IMG/VR virus record: IMGVR_UViG_3300036766_001793
Span: 32,001 to 96,000 of that record
Direction: 5' to 3' (one strand)
Length of the DNA stretch: 64,000 bases
Source: a virus
A model generated the notes under the pieces. It was given only the letters and a program-made list of their open reading frames with translations. It was not told where the DNA came from and made no database searches. Positions within the stretch are counted from its first letter, which is position 1; every line of letters begins with the position of its first letter. Below are positions 1 to 9,987 of this stretch, piece by piece. A program made the position numbers and the translations under genes.

Positions 1-147
1 CTGGGAGGACCCGTGCATGGAGATGACGTTGCTGATGACGTTCGAGAGGTGCGCCCACTCACGGTCTGAGTCGAGGGCCACGGACAGGCTCTCGAGGAGG
101 GCGGCGTTCATCCGCCTCTGGTCGTCCGGGGTGAGGGTCATGAGCAT
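1..147 (-). CDS. hypothetical protein, runs off the window edge
   Basis: ATG at 147 with GAGGTG just upstream; reads MLMTLTPDDQRRMNAALLESL... with GC3-biased codons; not in the ORF track. Confidence 0.5.
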   Translation of the reverse strand, partial: MLMTLTPDDQRRMNAALLESLSVALDSDREWAHLSNVISNVISMHGSSQ

Positions 148-151
148 CGGA

Positions 152-322
152 TCACCTCTGGGCCTTCTTGGCCGTCGCGTGGAGCTCCGCGACGGCCTGG
201 GCCAGCCCGTCCAGCGCGTCGAGCGTGAGGACGGACGCCAGCAGCGCGAGGTGCGCCCCGGCCGAGAGCTGCCCCTCTATGTCGGCCAGGGCCGCCTTGA
301 GGGCGTCTGAGCGGGCGCTCAC
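152..322 (-). CDS. small helical hypothetical protein (56 aa)
   Basis: GTG overlaps the TGA of 319..543 (GTGA); MSARSDALKAALADIEGQL... Confidence 0.5.
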   Translation of the reverse strand: MSARSDALKAALADIEGQLSAGAHLALLASVLTLDALDGLAQAVAELHATAKKAQR

Positions 323-543
323 CTCAGCGGCCTTCTACAGGTGCACGGGTCGCACGTCGGGCATACGTCGCGGCCGTGCTCGCACTCTATCCCGACGGCG
401 CAGGTGGCTGCCCTCCTGAACTTGCAGCTGGGCCGGTGTGCGGCCCTTACGGCGCACGTCTCGCACCCCTGGCCGGCCAGGGTGAGGTGGCCGCATCCTT
501 GGCACCCTTCCACCCGCAGCGTCGCTGGTGCGTCCGTGCTCAT
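319..543 (-). CDS. small Cys-rich, Zn-finger-like protein
   Basis: CQGC, CETC, CPTC and CTC motifs; GAGG SD upstream. Confidence 0.6.
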   Translation of the reverse strand: MSTDAPATLRVEGCQGCGHLTLAGQGCETCAVRAAHRPSCKFRRAATCAVGIECEHGRDVCPTCDPCTCRRPLR

Positions 544-607
544 GGTCTTTACCTCGCCGGCCAGTTCGGCTTGGCCTCGGCGGCGCGGCTGGTCCAGCCT
601 GTGTTCG

Positions 608-862
608 TCACCCTTGGATTATACCGGCTGTGGGCTTCCCCTTGGAGGTCCTGCGTGGCGGCAGCTCGCCCCTGTCCTGGAGGCCTCGGACGAGCACGTG
701 GTACTGGCGCCTGGTCAGGACCTGGCCGCCCACCGAGTACGCCGACGGCTGGCCGTTCCTGTAGCGCTCGACGACCTCGGCGGAGGGGAGGACCGGCCTC
801 CGGCCCCGCCCGGCCCTGTGGCCCTCCAGCACCGCCCTGACCTCTGAGTCGATGTTAATCAT
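608..862 (-). CDS. hypothetical protein
   Basis: TATGAT-GGAGG-cact-ATG at 862 (start moved from the ORF track). Confidence 0.5.
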   Translation of the reverse strand: MINIDSEVRAVLEGHRAGRGRRPVLPSAEVVERYRNGQPSAYSVGGQVLTRRQYHVLVRGLQDRGELPPRRTSKGKPTAGIIQG

Positions 863-891
863 AGTGCCTCCATCATACCATGTGTGTGCGC

Positions 892-3800
892 CTAGGATAC
901 ACAACCGGCGGGCACGAGGTTCTCCGGGCACACCGTGACCCCGTTCACCCTCACCTCGTAGTGGAGGTGAGGCCCGGTCGAGAACCCGGTGTTGTCCGAC
1001 ACCGCTATCTGCTGCCCGGCAGAGACGTGGTCCCCGACGGCCGGGAAGGCAGACGAGGTCGGCATGGACTGGTCAAGGTGGCCGTACCTCATGCTCGTCT
1101 GCCCGTCGTCGCAGTCGACGCTCATCATCACTCCGTAACCGCACGGCAGGAAGCCGAGGATGGTCCCGTCCCAGTCCCTGTAGGCACAGAGCGGGGGGTT
1201 CGGACCGTACCTCTGGTCCCAGTCGCGATAGGAGACGACACCGCCGCACGTGGCGTAGACGGCGGTGCCGCCCGGGACGCCGACGTCTATGGCCTGCAGG
1301 TTCTCGACCGCCTGGTGCCAGGCGCAACCCGCCGTCATCGTGAACCCGGCCTCGCACGGGCAGCCCGTCGACGCGGCCGGGGCGCCTCCCCCCGACCCGG
1401 GGGGTGGCCTCGCGCCGGGTGTGCCCCGCGGCGCCGGGATCTCCGCGGCGGGGGTGGTCGCCCCGAGGCACCACTCCTCCGCACTCTCCCACACCTCCGG
1501 TATCCGGCCGCCGGACTTCCGCGGGGCGTGGGAGTGGAGGGCCCCAGCGACGTCGACTATCTCCGTGATGGCCGGCCGGCTGATCGGTATTCCTGAGGGG
1601 GCGACCCCGGCGGTGTCCCTCATCCTGGCCGGGTCCGCCACGGGCAGGATCAGCGTGAACTTGGTCCTGAGGTCGCCGTCGGACTGGGACCGCCTGACCT
1701 CGATGAAGAGCGGCAGCTGCCCGTCGTCCCCGGGCAGCGGGGTGCCGGATAGCACTAGCTGCCCGTCCGGGAGGGGTGTCCCGTGCGGCTCAGAGAGGGG
1801 CCTGATCCCGTTCAGCTCCAGCCACCCGTCGGCGAGGCGCCTCGTTCCCCTCGCTCCCGCGCAGTCGGGGGTCGCGACCTCCGCCCACTGCGGGAAGTGC
1901 GAGTCACCGAGGTGGCCGGTCTTCCAGTTCTCGGTCGAGACGTAGATCCTCGGCGAGCCGCCTGGCGCCGGAAGGCCGGCAGGCGGCTCTTGGGAGGGCC
2001 CGGCTTCCGGGGACCCGCCGCCGTCGAGATCGTAGGGGAAGCCAGCCCGGAACGACCCCCAGCCGGTCTGGTAGTTCCCGCCTGGGAGCTCGCCCCACGG
2101 GTAGAACACCTCCTTCCCGTTCGGGTCCACCCCGCCGGCGTCCGAGGCCAGGAGCAGGTCGTAGGCCGCCTGGACCTGCTCGGGGATGGGCCTCGCGAGC
2201 CCGTCGCCGACGGTCAGCGGACGGTAGGGGGGGCAGGGGGCATAGGCGACGAACCCCCACGGGTAGGTGCACGCCTCCATCTGGAAGATGCCGGTGCCCG
2301 GGCCCCCGCCGGATTGCTGGACGTTCAGGCCGCCGGACTCGTGCTGGACGGTCCACAGCGCCTTGTTGACGAGGCCCGCCGGGAACACGGCTGCCACCGC
2401 CGCGCGGTGCTGCTCGACCTCCGGCGGGAAGGAGAGGGACGACCCTCCGCCGCCCGGCGCGGGGACCGTCCCGGGGGCTGACCCGAAGTGGGCGCCAGCG
2501 ACTATCGGGGGGAACGGGTCCGGGTCGTAGACGGGGACGACGGCGCCCTCGAGGGGGTTCAGCCCGTCGTACTCCCAGTATCCGGATGGGTCAGCCCCCT
2601 CTGGGCCATGGGCCGAGAGAGCGTCCAGGTCGTCGTAAACCACCAGACCGCTCCTGGGCGTCCAGTTCGTCCTCTGCTGGGGGAACGTCACGGTGACGGC
2701 CCCGTCGGTCACGGCGAGGTCCACGGTGGCCCCAGGGGACTGTCCGTTGCGCACGTCCACGACGAGCTCCGCCCTGCCTATCCCCCTTCCGCTCTCGTCC
2801 CACGGCCGGCACCATTGCCACGCGGCCGCCAGCGAGGTGGACCCGGCGGGGACCCTCGGGGCGGCGAAGGTCGCCGGACCAGAGTACCCGTTGACGAACG
2901 GCTCGAAGCACCCGTCAGCCGAGAGGAGCTCGCCCCACCCGGCGGTGGCCGGCGGGAGGACCGCGAAGGTCGGGCAATGCTGGCTCAGCCTCGGGACCCG
3001 CGGGCCGTGGCGGCTCCTCACATACTGTCCCTGGACGTGCTGGAACAGGGCCAGGGCCTTGCTCCTCGCCATGCGGCCCTTCCACGCCTCGTCGGTGATG
3101 TCTATCATCACGAAGTCCAGGTTCAGCCTGTTCCTCGCGTGGGCGACCGCTCTCGCGGCGAGCGACGGGGACTCGAACGCATCCCGCCCGAGCTCGAAGA
3201 GGCCTCCGATCACGAGCCCACCCGCCCTCAGCGTCTGCGCGCCGGCGAGCTGGGACCCGACCGCCTGGCCTGGGAGCTGGTCCGCAAGAAGCTGGGCCTG
3301 GTGGACCTGCCAGTCCTCGCCCTGCAGCGACGGGCTCCACCCGGGCGCCCGGGAGAACGAGCTGAGTTTGAGGACTACCCCGCGGAGCCCGTGGCCATTC
3401 ACCTGCTGGGAGAGTTGACCCAGGCTCGGCCTCGGAGCCCTCGAGACAACGTACTTTCCGGACGGGACCCGGTCGCAGAGGTTGACCTGGGCCCGCGGCT
3501 GACCGCCGGTCTGCTGGGTCGCGGCCGGCGCGTCGTACAGCACCGACCTCCCGCAGCCCCTCGGAGGGACTCCGAATGGCGGCGGCTGCGCCGGCGCGGC
3601 CTCGACGGAGAACTCCCTCTCTGCCGGGTTGCACGCCCCGTCGAAGACCCTGAGCCACCTCTGGCCGACGGACGGCTCGGCCACCCTCTCGGCGACCTGC
3701 TGCCCGGACGTCGCCGTGCCGCCCGCCAGAAGGGCCCCTCCGCCGTCGGAGGCGTCCCTCCACTCCCACCTGATCTCCCCGGGGTCGAGGGAGAGGTCGT

Positions 3801-6192
3801 CGGTCGCCGTGAAGGAGAGGTCGTACCCGGAGCCGTCAGAGTCACCGACGCCGACCTGGAACCAGTTGGGCGGCCACGAGTCGTCCCGCCTGACGAGGAC
3901 CTGGGCCTCGTTCGAGAAGGCCTGGCCGTCGCTGGCCCGGAGGTACAGGTGGTTGTCGCCGTCCGTGAGGCCAGGGGCGTTGTACGCCACCTGGAAGGAC
4001 CGCTGCGCGCCGGTCTGGGCCGAGCCGGAGGCGACCGACGTCCCTCCGCCCCCGGGGCCCGTCCTGAGGTCCCACTGGATCGAGGCCTGCTCCTGGTCCG
4101 CGGCGGTCAGCCTGAGGGTCCAGCTGGGGTTGCCGGGGCCCGTCCTGGAGCACGCCCCGTACCCGACCGGCCCGGCGGACAGAGTCGGCGGCGTATTCGG
4201 CTGCGGGATCTGGGCCTGGATGGCCAGCTCGTGCGGGTTGAGGGCCCCGTCCCAGAACCTGAGATAGGCGACCGCCGGCGGGGCCGGCACGAAGTCGCCC
4301 GCGAGGGCGGCCCCGGAGGTGGCCGTCCCGGAGGCGAGCAGGGCCCCGGCGCCGGCCGCCTGGGTCCTGAGCTCCCAGTGGAGCTCTCCGGGGGCGGTCG
4401 ACAGGTTGTCGTACAGGGTGGCGGAGAGCCGCCAGCCGGCCCCGCCAGGGGCGACGGCCCCGGAGGACGCCCCGGGGGCGGCGACCTGGTCGGCCAGGAC
4501 GGTGAACGGGAGGGCGTTGCTCTGCTGGAGGGTGCTCGGGTTGTACGCTATGAGGTACACCACCCTGTCCCCGTCCGGGAACGTGTAGGCGGTGGAGGGG
4601 TTCGTCCAGAGGACCGGGTACCTGTCGTCGGTGTCGGTCCCGAAGGTCCCGGGCTCGCCCCCGGGGCCGTAGCCGCCGTTCTGGACGAGCTGCCCGCTGG
4701 AGAGGCCTGCCCCGGTCCTGACCTGCCAGAGGAACTCCTGGGCGGGGGACGCGGCCAGGGTCGCCCGGAGCCTCGCCGCCATGGAGTTCGGGCCGATCCT
4801 GGTCGCCTGGAACGGGGCGGCCTCGGCGTACTCGACCCTCGGCTCCCCGCCGTAGGACAGGGTCACGAAGCCGGCCGTCGCCGGGTCCAGGTACACCTGG
4901 AACCTGGTCTCCTGCGGGTTGCCGGCCCCGTCGTACCACCTGATCCACCTGTCGGCGGGGACCCCGACCACGACCGACGGGTCGGACTGGACGGCGAAGC
5001 TCTCGGCCTGGCCGGCCGTCGCCCTCCCTGATGCCAGGGTGGCCCCGCTTCCATCTCCGCCGGTGCGGATCTCCCACCGCAGCTCGCCTGCGCCCGAGGA
5101 CAGGTCGTCCTGCAGGGCCGTGGTGAGCGACCAGGATCTGTCCGCCTGCACGCTCGGGTTGGCGAACCCGGAGGTCCCCCCGGCGGCCTGGTCGTCCCTC
5201 TTGAGGGCGAACGGGTAGTCCTGGGACACCAGGCCTGGGCCGGCGTTCGGGGAGTTGTCGACCGTGAAGTAGAGGGTCTGGTTCCCGTTCTGCAGCCCGG
5301 GGGCGTCCCTGGCTATCAGGACGGCCTGCCCCACGTCGCTGCCCAGGAAGGCCAGGCCCGCCACGAGCGTCCCGGACCTGCCCGGCCCGGTCCTGACCTG
5401 CCCGGCGAGGCTCCTCCCCGGGATGTTCGGATCGTCGGCTGTGAAGAAGAGGAACCACGGGGTGTTGAGCGGCCCGGTCCTCGTCCACGTGGGGCCGTAG
5501 TACGCCGCCGGCCCGCCGGTGACGGCCGGCGGCTGGGACGGCGGTGGGGCCGGCCCGAGGAGGACGATGGAGGTCGACTGCGCCTGGACGATGGGGGACC
5601 CTGAGCTGGCCGTCCTGTCAGGCGTGAACCCGCCCGAGGCGAGCTGCGCCCACGAGATGTCGCGCCCCATGCCGGCGATGGGGGCCGCGTCGTCGTCGTG
5701 GGAGATGATGCCCGAGGCCCTGGGGCCGACGATCGGCGGGAGGCCGGCCGCCCTCCTGGCCAGGTAGCTGTTGATGAGCGCGCACCCGGCGTAGGGGGTC
5801 GTGACCCCGGGTGAGGTCATGACGGTCCCAGAGGTCTGCCTGGCCCCGGCGACCTGCCCGACCTGCCCGACTCCGCCGCGGAAGGCGTGCGCCTCCAGGG
5901 TGCTCCACGAGACGGCCTGGGAGAACCCGCAGGAGAACGTCGGGCTGGACCCGAGGGCTGCCGTGGCCTCCATGTGCCAGATCTCCGACTTTTGCGAGGG
6001 GCCGTAGTCGCTGTCTATCCTGGAGAAGCCGGCGGGCGCGACGAAGTCGGCCGCGAGGGGGCTGGCCCACTGGACGAAGAGGACTATGTCGTCCCCGGGT
6101 TGGAGTCCGACCCCGCCCTGCCTGGAGAGGGCCGGCGCCGCGTTTGGGTAAGCCCCGGAGGGCGCCCACTTCGCGACGTAGCTCCAGCCCAC
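892..6192 (-). CDS. giant virion-associated peptidoglycan hydrolase: repeated beta domains + SLT/Rpf-like lytic transglycosylase + C-terminal M23 peptidase
   Basis: QHESGG...GIFQM transglycosylase motif (~2050-2420); AID...YGHL...STGPHLHYEV M23 motifs (~900-1330); three repeats of the form GELRWExR...LASGxATxG...FDGAxNP. Confidence 0.85.
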   Translation of the reverse strand: MGWSYVAKWAPSGAYPNAAPALSRQGGVGLQPGDDIVLFVQWASPLAADFVAPAGFSRIDSDYGPSQKSEIWHMEATAALGSSPTFSCGFSQAVSWSTLEAHAFRGGVGQVGQVAGARQTSGTVMTSPGVTTPYAGCALINSYLARRAAGLPPIVGPRASGIISHDDDAAPIAGMGRDISWAQLASGGFTPDRTASSGSPIVQAQSTSIVLLGPAPPPSQPPAVTGGPAAYYGPTWTRTGPLNTPWFLFFTADDPNIPGRSLAGQVRTGPGRSGTLVAGLAFLGSDVGQAVLIARDAPGLQNGNQTLYFTVDNSPNAGPGLVSQDYPFALKRDDQAAGGTSGFANPSVQADRSWSLTTALQDDLSSGAGELRWEIRTGGDGSGATLASGRATAGQAESFAVQSDPSVVVGVPADRWIRWYDGAGNPQETRFQVYLDPATAGFVTLSYGGEPRVEYAEAAPFQATRIGPNSMAARLRATLAASPAQEFLWQVRTGAGLSSGQLVQNGGYGPGGEPGTFGTDTDDRYPVLWTNPSTAYTFPDGDRVVYLIAYNPSTLQQSNALPFTVLADQVAAPGASSGAVAPGGAGWRLSATLYDNLSTAPGELHWELRTQAAGAGALLASGTATSGAALAGDFVPAPPAVAYLRFWDGALNPHELAIQAQIPQPNTPPTLSAGPVGYGACSRTGPGNPSWTLRLTAADQEQASIQWDLRTGPGGGGTSVASGSAQTGAQRSFQVAYNAPGLTDGDNHLYLRASDGQAFSNEAQVLVRRDDSWPPNWFQVGVGDSDGSGYDLSFTATDDLSLDPGEIRWEWRDASDGGGALLAGGTATSGQQVAERVAEPSVGQRWLRVFDGACNPAEREFSVEAAPAQPPPFGVPPRGCGRSVLYDAPAATQQTGGQPRAQVNLCDRVPSGKYVVSRAPRPSLGQLSQQVNGHGLRGVVLKLSSFSRAPGWSPSLQGEDWQVHQAQLLADQLPGQAVGSQLAGAQTLRAGGLVIGGLFELGRDAFESPSLAARAVAHARNRLNLDFVMIDITDEAWKGRMARSKALALFQHVQGQYVRSRHGPRVPRLSQHCPTFAVLPPATAGWGELLSADGCFEPFVNGYSGPATFAAPRVPAGSTSLAAAWQWCRPWDESGRGIGRAELVVDVRNGQSPGATVDLAVTDGAVTVTFPQQRTNWTPRSGLVVYDDLDALSAHGPEGADPSGYWEYDGLNPLEGAVVPVYDPDPFPPIVAGAHFGSAPGTVPAPGGGGSSLSFPPEVEQHRAAVAAVFPAGLVNKALWTVQHESGGLNVQQSGGGPGTGIFQMEACTYPWGFVAYAPCPPYRPLTVGDGLARPIPEQVQAAYDLLLASDAGGVDPNGKEVFYPWGELPGGNYQTGWGSFRAGFPYDLDGGGSPEAGPSQEPPAGLPAPGGSPRIYVSTENWKTGHLGDSHFPQWAEVATPDCAGARGTRRLADGWLELNGIRPLSEPHGTPLPDGQLVLSGTPLPGDDGQLPLFIEVRRSQSDGDLRTKFTLILPVADPARMRDTAGVAPSGIPISRPAITEIVDVAGALHSHAPRKSGGRIPEVWESAEEWCLGATTPAAEIPAPRGTPGARPPPGSGGGAPAASTGCPCEAGFTMTAGCAWHQAVENLQAIDVGVPGGTAVYATCGGVVSYRDWDQRYGPNPPLCAYRDWDGTILGFLPCGYGVMMSVDCDDGQTSMRYGHLDQSMPTSSAFPAVGDHVSAGQQIAVSDNTGFSTGPHLHYEVRVNGVTVCPENLVPAGCVS

Positions 6193-6193
6193 C

Positions 6194-6799
6194 CTATCCC
6201 CCCGCCCCGATGTCCCTCAGGTGCTGCCTGGCGGGGGCGTCGTGGTCCGCGTCGGGGTCTACCAGGCAGAAGCCCTGGGCGGTCGGGCCGTACGGGTGGA
6301 CGCCGCCCTCGATGAGATCCCTGAGCGGCGCGAAGGCAGGCTCGGCCTCAGCCCTCGCGAGCAGCCTGGCGACCCTCCACTGGAGCCCCTGCGCCAGCGC
6401 CCAGGGAGGGCAGTCCGTCCCCGCCCTCGCGTCCCACTCCGGGTCTAGCTGCACCTTCCCGGCTGTCCTGGGGTGGGCCCACCAGACGCCTGAGAGCGGG
6501 ATCCCGGCCGCGACCGAGTGCCGGTCGACCAGCCTCTGGCACTCCCGGTCCGAGAGCTGCCTGCCCGACGGCGCCGGGGGCGCGACCATCCCGGCCGCCT
6601 CCCACACCTGGGCCGGCGCCCCCCACTCGGCCAGGCGCTCGGCCAGCCTGCGCTCGTCCAGGGCCCTGGCCTCGACGACCCTCGCCGGGGTCGCGACCCC
6701 GGACCGGTGCATCTGCGCGACCAGCGCGGCCCTGCTCAAGCGTCCGCCATCCCGGAGGACGGGGATGCAGGGTGCCCCGCCCGGGTCACCCTCCTCCAC
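6194..6799 (-). CDS. hypothetical protein
   Basis: ORF abuts the next gene; plausible composition. Confidence 0.55.
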   Translation of the reverse strand: MEEGDPGGAPCIPVLRDGGRLSRAALVAQMHRSGVATPARVVEARALDERRLAERLAEWGAPAQVWEAAGMVAPPAPSGRQLSDRECQRLVDRHSVAAGIPLSGVWWAHPRTAGKVQLDPEWDARAGTDCPPWALAQGLQWRVARLLARAEAEPAFAPLRDLIEGGVHPYGPTAQGFCLVDPDADHDAPARQHLRDIGAGG

Positions 6800-7089
6800 A
6801 GCTCCTCGATCTCGCGGCCCATGGTCGTCTCGGTCGCCACCTCGAACCTCAGGACCCCGTCGTACTCGAGCACCCTGGCGACCCAGCCCGGCCCCTCAGA
6901 CTGGAGCGTCCTGAACCGGCCGCCGACAGAGGACTCCGAGCAGAGGACCTCGCCCTCACCGGTGGCGCACCCGCAGCCTGCCGAGGCGCACAGGCACAGG
7001 CACTCGCACGCGTCCGCGAGGAGGGCCTTGATGTAGGCCTCCCTGGCCTCCCCGCGCTGGAGGTGCACGGTCCACCCGAATACCTTCAT
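6736..7089 (-). CDS. hypothetical protein with Cys cluster (leaderless)
   Basis: TAAAAT-N6-ATG; CECLCLC. Confidence 0.55.
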   Translation of the reverse strand: MKVFGWTVHLQRGEAREAYIKALLADACECLCLCASAGCGCATGEGEVLCSESSVGGRFRTLQSEGPGWVARVLEYDGVLRFEVATETTMGREIEELWRRVTRAGHPASPSSGMADA

Positions 7090-7093
7090 GGTC

Positions 7094-7816
7094 TCATTTT
7101 AGCGCGTCCGGCCCCTCGAGGTCCCTGGCCCTGATCTTGGTGAGGACCGGCCTCCCGCGGCGGTCGCGGAGCCCTGGCAGGGTCCTGGCCACCAGCCCCT
7201 CGGCCATCTTGCGCGCGGCCGTGAGCTCTGAGTAGACCCCCAGCCTGACGGCCTCCTCCATCTCCCCGAGGGTCCCGGTGCCGACCACCGGCACGCACTC
7301 GAGGCCAAGCTTGTCGGCCACGTCCTGGGCGTCCCCCATGGACAGCCACCAGCCGTCGATGACCACGTCGAAGACGATGAACGACGGCTGGCCGTAGTCG
7401 CCCCCGCCCTTCTGGATCCCGGCCCCGTAGCCCTCCCCGTAGATGGTCGCCCTCGGGAGGGCAGACCTCCCGAGGGTCGCCAGCAGGTTCATTTCCGAGA
7501 AGGCCTTGAGCAGCGCCGGTGGCATTTGCGCCCGGTCGGTCCGGCCGCCGACGCGCACCGAGCCGGCCGCGGGGTCCCACCCGATCCTGACGTTCGTCCC
7601 GTCGACCTTCTCGGTCCACAGCCACTCGCAGTCCCTGAGCCACTCCAGCTCTGGGGTGGACCACTGGCCGAGCAGCATCTCTCCGCCCGGCCCCCTTTTG
7701 TAGAGCGATTGGATCTTCGGGTACTCCGCCATGAACCAGTCCGGCGGCTCCGCCGGCATCGTCCTCCAGGTAGGCTCGCGAAGCCCCGCCAGGACAGTCT
7801 CCGTCAGCCCTGTCAT
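7094..7816 (-). CDS. ATP-dependent RNA ligase (Rnl2-like nucleotidyltransferase)
   Basis: YPKI, motif I EKVDGTN, GEGYG, FIVFDV, EGLV, TKIR; ATG 7816 overlaps an upstream TGA; the frame is open to 8200. Confidence 0.85.
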   Translation of the reverse strand: MTGLTETVLAGLREPTWRTMPAEPPDWFMAEYPKIQSLYKRGPGGEMLLGQWSTPELEWLRDCEWLWTEKVDGTNVRIGWDPAAGSVRVGGRTDRAQMPPALLKAFSEMNLLATLGRSALPRATIYGEGYGAGIQKGGGDYGQPSFIVFDVVIDGWWLSMGDAQDVADKLGLECVPVVGTGTLGEMEEAVRLGVYSELTAARKMAEGLVARTLPGLRDRRGRPVLTKIRARDLEGPDALK

Positions 7817-7980
7817 TTCTTCAGGCCCGCCGCGAGCCTGTCGATGTTCGTCGTCCCGTGGAGGTTCGGCCCCGCCTTGACAGAGCGGACCACCGTCACC
7901 TCCACCACCAGGGCGTAGTACCGCTCCCCGCCGCCCTGGATCGCCCTCCAGATCGTCCCGTCGTTGGTCGCCAGCAGCAT
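7813..7980 (-). CDS. small hypothetical protein (55 aa)
   Basis: MLLATNDGTIWRAIQGGGERYYALVVEV...; GC3 codons; ATGA coupling to the ligase. Confidence 0.5.
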   Translation of the reverse strand: MLLATNDGTIWRAIQGGGERYYALVVEVTVVRSVKAGPNLHGTTNIDRLAAGLKK

Positions 7981-8189
7981 CGTCAGTCCCCTCGAGCCTC
8001 GCCCTGAGGCCTTGTATCGTTCCTTCGTAGTGCTCGCGTTGCCGCGCGAGCCCGGTCCGCTTGGCGTTCACGGCGTGGTTCGCTCTCCCCTCTGCCATCA
8101 GTGCCCTGCGGCGCCAGTACCTCAGCGCCTCTGCCGAGTCCGGCCGCGGGGCTTTCAGGACTTTGAGGAGCGCCCGAGTGTAGTCCCCG

Positions 8190-8549
8190 TCACCAGACAT
8201 CGCCGCTCTCGGCCTCGTAGTCCTCGAGGGCCCTCGCCGCCTCTGTGTCCGCTGCCGCGATGGCGTCGGCGCTGATCCTGCCGTAGTTCGTTCTGAGGAG
8301 ACTGGTGCGCCTCAAGGCCCTCAGGGCGACCACCGCGAGCCTGAGCTCTTCCCCCGTCATGGCGGATGGGTCCGGCCCGGAAATCTGTGGCACGAGAGCG
8401 ACTATGCCGCAGAGGCGGCACCGCAGCAATCTCGACCCGCCCACGGTCACGTGGGCGGAGGCCAGAAAGGAGTGCGCGCATCCGGCGGGCAGATCCCTGG
8501 CCGTCGCGTTGCTGAGCTCCGCGCTCACCTGGCTGTCCTTATACTCCAC
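8190..8549 (-). CDS. hypothetical Zn-ribbon/coiled-coil protein
   Basis: CAH...CRLCG; overlaps both neighbours. Confidence 0.55.
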   Translation of the reverse strand: MEYKDSQVSAELSNATARDLPAGCAHSFLASAHVTVGGSRLLRCRLCGIVALVPQISGPDPSAMTGEELRLAVVALRALRRTSLLRTNYGRISADAIAAADTEAARALEDYEAESGDVW

Positions 8550-8772
8550 CGAGCGCCTCCCTCCGGACCATCTCTTCGTACTCCCGCTCGGACGCCTCGT
8601 GGCAGCTGCACAGGCACCCGTCTGCCAGGCACTGCTCCGCGGGGTCGTCAGAGAAGCACCCCATGCAGTAGGCGCCGGGCCAGCCGCTCCACCAGTGGTG
8701 GGCCCCGTCGGAGAGCCCGTGGGGGCTCGGGCAGTCGTGGGCCCCGCGGCGGCAGGACCAGCACTCGGTCAA
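8539..8772 (-). CDS. small Cys/His-rich protein
   Basis: TTG overlaps the upstream stop; CWSC, CMGC, CLCSCH. Confidence 0.5.
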   Translation of the reverse strand: MTECWSCRRGAHDCPSPHGLSDGAHHWWSGWPGAYCMGCFSDDPAEQCLADGCLCSCHEASEREYEEMVRREALGGV

Positions 8773-9047
8773 GGTTGCTCCTTCCGGCGCGCGTCCAGGA
8801 GTGTCTTCGTCTCCTTCGCCAGCTCCCACACCTGTCTCCTGTCCGCGTCGCACGCCTCCTCGGTCACCCCCAGCCTCCCGGACCTCCACTCGTCGAACCA
8901 GCTCTGAGCCAGGGTCGTGAGCAGGCGCGCCTTCTCCTGGGCGACCTCCAGCGGGCTCAGCGACCCCTGCGAATCCGCTTGCTCGGCGTCCTTCGCCGCG
9001 CTCGTCGCCACCTCTTTGCCTAAACCTAGCCACCTGCAAAGTCTCAT
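8769..9047 (-). CDS. hypothetical protein
   Basis: ATGA-coupled ORF. Confidence 0.55.
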   Translation of the reverse strand: MRLCRWLGLGKEVATSAAKDAEQADSQGSLSPLEVAQEKARLLTTLAQSWFDEWRSGRLGVTEEACDADRRQVWELAKETKTLLDARRKEQP

Positions 9048-9319
9048 CGAAGGGCCTCCTCCAGCGTCGCGCGGGCCTCTGAGAGTTTGCGGCTGACCTG
9101 GGCGGAGGCGCTACCTTCCGCCGCCGAGATGGCCGCCCACGCCGCCACCGCCGCAGCCCTGAGCTCGCGGCAGCCCTGGGTCTGGCAAGCGGCCCTGGGG
9201 CCCCGCGCCGTGCGCTTCCAGCACTCCCGGGAGTGCCCGGAGTCCAAGGGGCCCCAGCAGATGAGGCAGCGCCCGTAGGAGCTTGGCGCCGCCGACCCGG
9301 CGCCCTCCGACTGTTCCAT
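9044..9319 (-). CDS. small Cys-containing hypothetical protein
   Basis: GGAGG SD before ATG 9319; CLIC..H..C, C....C. Confidence 0.5.
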   Translation of the reverse strand: MEQSEGAGSAAPSSYGRCLICWGPLDSGHSRECWKRTARGPRAACQTQGCRELRAAAVAAWAAISAAEGSASAQVSRKLSEARATLEEALR

Positions 9320-9321
9320 GG

Positions 9322-9708
9322 TCAGCCCTCCGTCAGCCCGAGGCCCAGTATCGCCTCGAGCAGCCTCTCCGCCTGGGGGTTCCCGCGGAGCATCCCCAGG
9401 GCCTCCGTGGCCCCCCTGGCGGCCGCCGCGAGCTCCGCCAGGGCGTCCACCTCGTTGTCGTGCCACTCCATCGCCTGCTCGAAGACGGGGCCCAGGTCGT
9501 CGCCGTCCCTGATGGCCTCGTCCATCCTCTCTATCGCCGACTTCAGGACGGACACCCGCACGCTCGAGCGGATGACCTCCTGCGAGAGGGACTCGACCCT
9601 CGCCCGCCAGTGCCGGCTGACCCGGCACCTGGCGCAGAGGCGGCTCTCCTGTCCGCTCCTGGCGTCCGTCGCCCTCCCGCACTCCGGGCATGCCTCGACC
9701 TCGGTCAC
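9322..9708 (-). CDS. Zn-finger + coiled-coil protein
   Basis: GTGA-coupled start; CPEC...CARC. Confidence 0.6.
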   Translation of the reverse strand: MTEVEACPECGRATDARSGQESRLCARCRVSRHWRARVESLSQEVIRSSVRVSVLKSAIERMDEAIRDGDDLGPVFEQAMEWHDNEVDALAELAAAARGATEALGMLRGNPQAERLLEAILGLGLTEG

Positions 9709-9968
9709 CCTTCGCCTGTTGGGCCTGCGGCGGCTCCGGCGCCACTGGCGCCTCCTGAGGTCGTCCTCGCTGAGCCCGAGGCCCGGCGGGATGATCGGCG
9801 GGACCGCCAGGCCGTCGACGACCCTCGGGCGCCCCCTGAGGGATAGGCACGCAGTCCCAGCAGCCTCGCCTCCAGGACGTCCATCTGCCTCAGGTACTCC
9901 TCGTCGGCCGGGCTCGCCCTCACCATCTCCCACAGGAAGCCTCCCTCCCCCGGGCAGAAGCTCTTCAT
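9705..9968 (-). CDS. hypothetical protein (leaderless)
   Basis: TACCAT-N6-ATG at 9968. Confidence 0.5.
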   Translation of the reverse strand: MKSFCPGEGGFLWEMVRASPADEEYLRQMDVLEARLLGLRAYPSGGARGSSTAWRSRRSSRRASGSARTTSGGASGAGAAAGPTGEG

Positions 9969-9987
9969 GCCCTGATGGTACCGGGCC

